From Alphaproteobacteria bacterium (lineage in GTDB: Bacteria > Pseudomonadota > Alphaproteobacteria > MPNO01): a DNA stretch of 64,000 bases. This document shows, piece after piece, positions 58,268 through 64,000 of the stretch. The stretch lies in assembly GCA_965248835.1 (NCBI GenBank), contig CBDFLJ010000001.1, forward strand, positions 1,856,001 to 1,920,000. The letters run 5' to 3'. Under the pieces are notes generated by a model that was given only the letters and a program-made list of their open reading frames with translations, searched no databases and was not told the origin of the DNA. The position numbers and the translations under genes were made by a program. Within the stretch, counting starts at the first letter, position 1; every line of letters starts with the position of its first letter.

Positions 58268-59857
58268 TCAGTCCCATTCCTCGAGGGCCGCCACTCCGGC
58301 GCCGGCGATACGACCGGAGACGAAGCATTCGGCGATGTTGCCGCCAGACATGTAAAGATGGCCGAATGCGCTGCCGAGCTCGCCCGCGGCATAGAGCCTA
58401 GGAATCGGTGCGCCGAACACGTTGACGACTCGCTGACGACCGTCGTGCACCGGACCGCCCTGGGTATTCGACACCACCGGCCACACGGGAGCGCCGTAGA
58501 ACGGCGGCGTGTCGATCGGCATCATGGTGCCGGGTGGACGGCCGAAGTCGTCGTCGCACTCCCCCGTGCACAGCGCGTTCCAGCGCTTAACGCTCTTTTC
58601 CACGGTAGCGGAATCGAGGCGCAGCCCGATGGCGAGTTCGGCGAGCGTGTCCGCGCGAGTCAGGATGCCCGCCTCGACTTCCGCCAGGTTGTCGGTGCTC
58701 CAGTCCAGCCGGACGCCCTCGTCGTTTGATGTCGGCCGGCCCAGCGGATAAAGCTTGCGGCCATTCTCGTCGCAGATCAGGTAGCTCGGGATGCGTGGGT
58801 AGTCCTGCCGCACCGTATCGAACAGCTGCATCTGGCGGTGCCCGGTGTCATGAGTATAGGGCGGATACTCGTTCATGTAGCGTCGGCCATCTCGGTCAAG
58901 CAGGATCCAGGTCATCTTCACCTGGGCGTCACTGATCTCACCGGATTCGTCACGCCGTGCCATGAAGCCGTTGCCACCGGGGCGCCAGTCGGGGAGCCGC
59001 TTGACCCGGATGGCGTAAGGGTAGTCTGGATTGGCACTCTTGAAACCGTAGGCGCCGTGGAAGTGCCACATGTGCCAGAGTTGCGCGCCCATGTCTTGGG
59101 CCATGGTGATCCCGTCGCCTGTGTTGTGCCGCGCCGCGGCGGGGAGGATCGGCCGACCCTCCCAAAACTGGTCCTGCCGCTCGGGACTGCCCTCGAATCC
59201 GCCGGAGGCAAGGATGACGCCGTGCCGCGACTCGATCCGGCTAACGCCATTCGGTCCCTCGACGGTAATGCCTCGGACTTCGGACCCGTCCTCCGACGTG
59301 AGCAACCGCAGTCCGCGCGTGTTCAGCCGGATCTCGACGTCTTCGTTCCTGAGGTTGTCATCGATAATCTTGAACAGCATCGGTCCGCCTGGCGCGCCAT
59401 TGGCCCAGGGATAGACCGCACGGGCGTCGAAGTTCGGCACCGAGACGACGACCGTTTGATAGAATGCGTCGAACCCGGGCAGCGGGTAGTTGGCCCCGGT
59501 CTTGCCGGTCTCGATGGTAGTGATGATCTCCGCGTCGTTCACGGTGGCAAGGTCGCGCACATAAGGCTCGAGCTTCGACATCTCATCGGCAAGTGCGCGG
59601 ATGACGTCATCCGACGTCCGCCCGGCGTTGGTGGCGGTCAGGTAACGGTGGGCTTGCTCGGCATCCGTGGCACAGCGGACCGCACCGTAGGAGCAAATCG
59701 AGATACCGCCCGGCACACCAGTCTTTTCGATCAGCAGTACCCGTGCGCCGGCGCGCGACGCTTCCAGCGCCGAGATGGATCCGGCGAAACCGTAGCCGAC
59801 GACGACGACGTCGAACGTCTCGTCGTACGCGCTCACCGCGCGGGGGATGCCCTCCAT
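58268..59857 (-). CDS. FAD-dependent oxidoreductase (SDH/fumarate reductase/KstD flavoprotein family)
   Basis: DVVVVGYGFAG, ILASGGF, NTGDGI.MA..MGA, GRRYMNE, NTQGG, IPRLYAAGE. Confidence 0.88.
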   Translation of the reverse strand: MEGIPRAVSAYDETFDVVVVGYGFAGSISALEASRAGARVLLIEKTGVPGGISICSYGAVRCATDAEQAHRYLTATNAGRTSDDVIRALADEMSKLEPYVRDLATVNDAEIITTIETGKTGANYPLPGFDAFYQTVVVSVPNFDARAVYPWANGAPGGPMLFKIIDDNLRNEDVEIRLNTRGLRLLTSEDGSEVRGITVEGPNGVSRIESRHGVILASGGFEGSPERQDQFWEGRPILPAAARHNTGDGITMAQDMGAQLWHMWHFHGAYGFKSANPDYPYAIRVKRLPDWRPGGNGFMARRDESGEISDAQVKMTWILLDRDGRRYMNEYPPYTHDTGHRQMQLFDTVRQDYPRIPSYLICDENGRKLYPLGRPTSNDEGVRLDWSTDNLAEVEAGILTRADTLAELAIGLRLDSATVEKSVKRWNALCTGECDDDFGRPPGTMMPIDTPPFYGAPVWPVVSNTQGGPVHDGRQRVVNVFGAPIPRLYAAGELGSAFGHLYMSGGNIAECFVSGRIAGAGVAALEEWD

Positions 59858-59934
59858 GTTCGCTCCTTATCGGGAAGGGGCCTCATCACTCTGCCCACGG
59901 CCGGAAGCGCTCAATCTTCTCGGTCACCGTTTTG

Positions 59935-60202
59935 GCAGCGTGTCGACAAACTTGAACCAGCGTGGACACTTGTAGTGGACGAGCGCGGCCCGGCAATGGG
60001 CCTTCCAGAACCTCCTTGAGCGCGGCACCAGCGGCGCGCCGGTAGCCCTCGCTCCACTCGACACAATGCGCCTGCATCCCTTCCATCATCCGAAACGCGC
60101 GCGGCAGACACTCGATCGTCGTCGATCGCGGCATGGGATGGTTCTCCCAGAGAATCTCGACCACCCATGGAGTGCTTTGCTCTCAACCCTTGACACGAAC
60201 TC
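59935..60202 (-). mobile_element. IS256-like remnant (left end and transposase N-terminus only)
   Basis: GAGTTCGTGTCAAG end, GGGAG RBS, MPR...I..LP.AF.M...MQA...EW.EGYR......L.E..EG, then homology is lost. Confidence 0.5.
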
Positions 60203-60381
60203 TCATACCTCACCGTCGCCCATTCGCCGTCGCTCAGATCGCTCGGGTCGCGGAGACCGCGGCGTTCTTGCGCACGGCGATGTTCTGCTGTCCACATCGG
60301 GCACCCCATAGCTGCGATTCGGGTGCCACATAAGGCATCACAAACGATCCCACCGATTCAACAACTTTCCGGAACGGCTCA
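60203..60381 (-). mobile_element. IS5-family (IS1031-type) left-end remnant
   Basis: GAGCCGTTCCGGAAAG end; MWTAEHRRAQERRGLRDPSDLSDGEWATV from 60297 resembles MWT..nR....R.gLRYPSDLtD.EW. Confidence 0.7.
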
Positions 60382-60561
60382 TAGTGCATCGGCGGTTTCT
60401 CCGCCACGTCGGGCGGCCAGCTTGTCGTGATGATCGCCACGGACGCGAACCCGGCCGCCAAAGCGCCCCGGCTGGCCGCCCGTATTGCGCGGCTAAGGTC
60501 ATGGAAGGCTTGGACAAGGCCAGGTTCGAGAACGCCCGATCGGCCCTGCCGCGGGGCTGCC

Positions 60562-60954
60562 TCAATCGGCGATAAACGCCACCGCCTCGATCTCCACCAG
60601 CCATTCCGGGTCCACCAGGGCGGCCACGGCGACCTGGGTGCTGGCGGGATAGGGCTCGTCGAAGGTCTCCGTGCGGACCTGGTTGATGACATCGCGGTAG
60701 CGTATATCGGCGGCAAAGACGGTGATCTTGATCACGTCATCCAGCGTGCCTCCGGCCTCGGCGACCACGGCCTCGATGTTCTTGAACACTTGGCGCGTCT
60801 GCCCGGCGACATCGCCCTTGCACACTGTGTTGCCGTCGGCATCCCACGGGATCTGTCCGGCAACAAAGACCATCCGCCCGCCCGAGACTTCCCAGCCCGG
60901 GTTGTAGCTCCCCTTGGCCCGGACGGTCGCCGGTTTCAGTGCGCGCTTCCCCAT
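60562..60954 (-). CDS. RidA/YjgF family protein
   Basis: VFVAGQ, QTRQVFKNI, DVIKITV, PAST, LVEIEAVA. Confidence 0.92.
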   Translation of the reverse strand: MGKRALKPATVRAKGSYNPGWEVSGGRMVFVAGQIPWDADGNTVCKGDVAGQTRQVFKNIEAVVAEAGGTLDDVIKITVFAADIRYRDVINQVRTETFDEPYPASTQVAVAALVDPEWLVEIEAVAFIAD

Positions 60955-60999
60955 GGTTCTGCTCCCTCCCTGTCGGTTCAGCCCCGCACGAGCTTGCGC

Positions 61000-61445
61000 T
61001 TTTTCGGCGATGGCGACAATGGCAGGTATCGTGCAACACGCACTTCTTCTGGAATGCAGTGCCCCAAGCTCAGAACATGAACCAGGGGCCGTGGCGTCAT
61101 CTCGAGGAATATCGAGATCGTTGCCGGGGAGGTGGATGATGGGAAAGTCGCTGCGCTCGCATTCCCGTTTCCCAAAGATTACGAGGAGGCGCCGGACGGT
61201 CAGCCACGGCCAACGGAAAATGGGCGAACTGCAACAAAGCCAAACGCCAGGACCATATCCACGATCATAGGTCCCGCCTGACGTCCGTCGCGGAGATAGA
61301 GACCCTTACCGGGCTGGAGTTCTTTTCGGATGCAGTCAATCGAGAGCATGCGCGCAACGAAGTGCCGACAGCACGTTGGCCGGTTGCCAAGAAGTGTCGG
61401 GATTCCAGAGGATGTGCTGGGCAGAACGAGTTCCGTAGAGGGTCG
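61000..61445 (+). pseudogene. Relic of a DNA/RNA non-specific endonuclease (NucA/EndoG family)
   Basis: CNTHFFWNAVPQAQNMNQGPWRHLEEY, then KVAALAFPFP, then RLTSVAEIETLTGLEFFSD, in changing frames. Confidence 0.72.
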
Positions 61446-61709
61446 GTCGGTGCGTCTCGGCGACAATGTCTCTTTGCACTCCGGATTGCGCTGTGGATGA
61501 AGGCGAGATCGACAGCCCGAGCATATGTGCGGTCAGGCGGACAGAATTGCGAAACAGCTCATCGTCGGGACTGGAGGCCGTTCGACGGGACACGACCGCG
61601 TGGCACAGTCCGGGTTGCACCGTCCTGCCGTTTGGTGCGAAATGTTTCGCTGCGTCACTTATCGTCTCGGCTATCCGGGGACTGCGCCTGGATGCGCTTG
61701 GCCATGAAT

Positions 61710-61722
61710 TAACGTATTGATA
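61710..61722 (-). promoter_or_regulatory. IHF-consensus site
   Basis: TATCAATACGTTA fits WATCAANNNNTTR. Confidence 0.45.
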
Positions 61723-61859
61723 ATGAAAAGACTTCACGCCGCTGTTTTCCCGGTCCAGTTCTCGGTCTTTACCGCGTTGTTTTCCGCGAAAGTGATTCGA
61801 TCAGGGGCATTGTTTCCTTGAAAAAAGTTCGCCCCATGACTCCTTTCTAGGAGGTCCGA

Positions 61860-63068
61860 GTGAGCACAAACGCACCGCCCAAGACCAACGTCCATGCCAT
61901 AACGGGGTTGCCGGAGCTGGGCTTTCGCAATTACTGGTACCCCGCCCTCGCGGCGTGGCGGCTGCGACGGCGGCCAAGGACAGTCAAGCTGCTTGGCGAG
62001 GACGTGGTGCTGTTTCGCGACAAGGGGGTGGTTTACGCGCTGAAGGACCAGTGTGCGCACCGCGGCGCGCGACTGTCGCAAGGAAAATGCCTTTATCCGG
62101 GCACTGGTACGCTCACCTGTCCCTACCACGGCTGGACCTACGCGGGAGAAACGGGGCAGTGCATCGCCAAGCTCATGGAAGGACCCGACGCCACCATCTC
62201 CAGCGAGGCGAAAGTAAAAACCTATCCGGTCCGCGAACATCGCGGGGTGATCTGGCTGTTCGTTGGCGATATGGACGCGGTGCCACTTGAAGAAGACTTG
62301 CCGGAATGCTTGACCAAGACCGATGAATGGCACACGATTTCCACTTGGCGGACATATCACTGCAATTGGCGTGTCCTGAATGACAATTTGTGCTACGACT
62401 TGCACGCGCCCTTCCTGCATAGAAACTCACCCGAACTGGTTTTCCAGCCGATCTTCCCTTTCGCCAGCCAAATCACGACGGCGCCGCTGGAGGATTCCAA
62501 GGGGCTCGGCTACACGGCGCGCAACGGCGTAACGGAAGCCTACTTTCCCCGCCTGGGGCGTTTCCCGCCGCCCCAAGAGGCATTTTGGCGCAAGCTGAAA
62601 CCTCGCGGGCGCGGTAAGGAAATGGATCCAGAGACATCGCAGGCAGCAAAACGGCACGGCATCAAATACCGGCACATGTCACGCCTGCCGGCGGTGACCT
62701 TGGTGGGCCGGCCGGCCGGAGATTATTTCATGTGCCGCTGGGTAACGCCGATCGACGCGGAGACGACGTTGTTTTACTCATTGAACGCGTTCCGCCGGCG
62801 CCATGCCTTGGCTACCTTGTTCGATCGTATAGGCTGGGCGCTATGGCAATCCTGGGCCCATGACTGGGTGTTCTCGGACCAGGACAGGAAAGTCGTCGAG
62901 GGCGTGCGTGCGGATGCCGAACAGCTGTCGCGCAGCGATATCGGCGTTGTCGCTTGGCGAAAATTCATGATGGAAAACGCGCGCCGTCCCCCTGCTGCCG
63001 ATGATGCAGGTGATAGCGAAACAACCGCGATCGTGAAAAGCGCGCGGCTGGGAACTGCCGCGGAATAG
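61860..63068 (+). CDS. Rieske oxygenase alpha subunit, divergent CarAa/OxoO-like
   Basis: LGFRNYWYP, DQCAHRG..TCPYHGW, NW....DN...DLHAPFLH, RWVTPID, FSDQD; GTG start after AGGAGG. Confidence 0.9.
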   Translation: MSTNAPPKTNVHAITGLPELGFRNYWYPALAAWRLRRRPRTVKLLGEDVVLFRDKGVVYALKDQCAHRGARLSQGKCLYPGTGTLTCPYHGWTYAGETGQCIAKLMEGPDATISSEAKVKTYPVREHRGVIWLFVGDMDAVPLEEDLPECLTKTDEWHTISTWRTYHCNWRVLNDNLCYDLHAPFLHRNSPELVFQPIFPFASQITTAPLEDSKGLGYTARNGVTEAYFPRLGRFPPPQEAFWRKLKPRGRGKEMDPETSQAAKRHGIKYRHMSRLPAVTLVGRPAGDYFMCRWVTPIDAETTLFYSLNAFRRRHALATLFDRIGWALWQSWAHDWVFSDQDRKVVEGVRADAEQLSRSDIGVVAWRKFMMENARRPPAADDAGDSETTAIVKSARLGTAAE

Positions 63069-63146
63069 ATCGACCTCCGCTCTCTACCCCACATTATTCA
63101 CGGCAGTGTGGGTCGGAGCGCGATGTTGACCCCTATGCTTACGTAA

Positions 63147-63159
63147 AATCAACCACTTA
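63147..63159 (+). promoter_or_regulatory. IHF-consensus site
   Basis: AATCAACCACTTA fits WATCAANNNNTTR. Confidence 0.4.
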
Positions 63160-63192
63160 ACGTGCCGATCAGCGCCGAACCGATGCGCCGAC

Positions 63193-63360
63193 TCACACGA
63201 GAGGCCATGTCGGGACAAACACCGACATCAGTAGCAGGAAGGCGAGCGGGACGACACTGAACAGGATCCATTCGGGGAAGATCAGAGTCCCTTGGATCAA
63301 CGTCTCGTTAGACCACGACAGCAGCGTCAGCCGGATGAACAGGTAGAGGAGGACCAGGCA
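63193..63360 (-). pseudogene. C-terminal fragment of a TRAP DctQ small permease
   Basis: CLVLLYL....TLLSW.......TLIFPEWILFSVVPLAFLLL; no N-terminal half. Confidence 0.55.
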
Positions 63361-63440
63361 GCGCCGCGCGCGGCCGATGGACAACGTTTCGCGCACGCCC
63401 ATAATCTTCCGGCGCGGATCGGCAAAGAGGGGAAGCGGCC

Positions 63441-64000
63441 ATGACGGAGCCGTACGACTACGCGAGGACCGGGCCCGGCACGCTCGCCGGACGCTACCTC
63501 CGGATGTTCTGGCAGCCGGTCGCCCGGCTCGAGGATATCGCGCCTGGCACAACCAGGCCGATCCGCATCATGGGAGAGGCCTTTACGCTCTACCGCGGCG
63601 AGAGCGGCGCGGTTTATCTCGTCGACTTTCGCTGCGCCCACCGTGGCGCGCAGCTCTCGATCGGCTGGGTCGAGGGGGAGACCATCCGCTGCCGCTACCA
63701 TGGCTGGCGCTACGACGGGACGGGACAATGCGTCGAGCAGCCGGGCGAGGGCGAGGAAGGGTTCTGCGGGCGCGTGCGTATCGACGCGCGGCCGACGCAG
63801 CTCTACAAGGGCCTTGTCTTCGCCTGGCTCGGCCACGACGCTCCCCCGGCGTTCCCCGAATACCCCTCGCTCGACGGCGACGGCGTGATCGAGGCGATCG
63901 TTTACATGCGCCGGTGCAATTACTTCAACAACATCGACAACCAGCTCGACGAGGTGCACGTCAGCTTTGTCCATCGGGACGCCTTCCACCGGGTGCTCGA
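63441..64000 (+). CDS. Rieske oxygenase alpha subunit (phthalate 4,5-dioxygenase/CbaA-like); runs off the window edge
   Basis: Hand translation MTEPYDYARTGPGTLAGRYLRMFWQPV..RCAHRG..IRCRYHGW..CNYFNNIDNQLDEVHVSFVH; GAGGGG RBS; not in the supplied ORF track. Confidence 0.9.
   Translation, partial: MTEPYDYARTGPGTLAGRYLRMFWQPVARLEDIAPGTTRPIRIMGEAFTLYRGESGAVYLVDFRCAHRGAQLSIGWVEGETIRCRYHGWRYDGTGQCVEQPGEGEEGFCGRVRIDARPTQLYKGLVFAWLGHDAPPAFPEYPSLDGDGVIEAIVYMRRCNYFNNIDNQLDEVHVSFVHRDAFHRVL

Overview
High-GC alphaproteobacterial chromosome segment (gene order is Rhodospirillales-like) with three zones. (1) About 4-23 kb is housekeeping backbone: bioD, gltD-gltB, uppP, an NDUFA9-like SDR, tRNA-Leu(CAG), rnd, kdsD-lptC-lptA-lptB-ptsN (with no rpoN/hpf at their usual place), Hsp20, a methyltransferase, an HK/RR pair and a DegP-like protease. 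(2) About 0-4 kb and 23-43 kb are intact accessory catabolic genes: several amidohydrolase-superfamily enzymes, gentisate 1,2-dioxygenase and an orphan Mo-hydroxylase large subunit. The Mo subunit is divergent from a carbazole(car)-like operon (C-C hydrolase, CarAa/OxoO-type Rieske oxygenase, LigA/LigB extradiol dioxygenase, GST). This cluster is the best candidate for an undescribed N-heteroaromatic pathway. (3) About 43-64 kb is a decaying island. It holds IS3, IS5, IS630, IS256 and other DDE remnants, deletion junctions at short microhomologies (including an in-frame DctM-EamA chimera), hidden gene relics (a DNA/RNA non-specific nuclease, DctP/DctQ, MetE-like, a decayed copy of an amidohydrolase 3' end), a RidA/flavoprotein/TAXI-TRAP/amidase gene run and two more Rieske oxygenases. 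No CRISPR array, DGR or prophage was seen. All family calls are from motif recognition by eye; no database searches were run.
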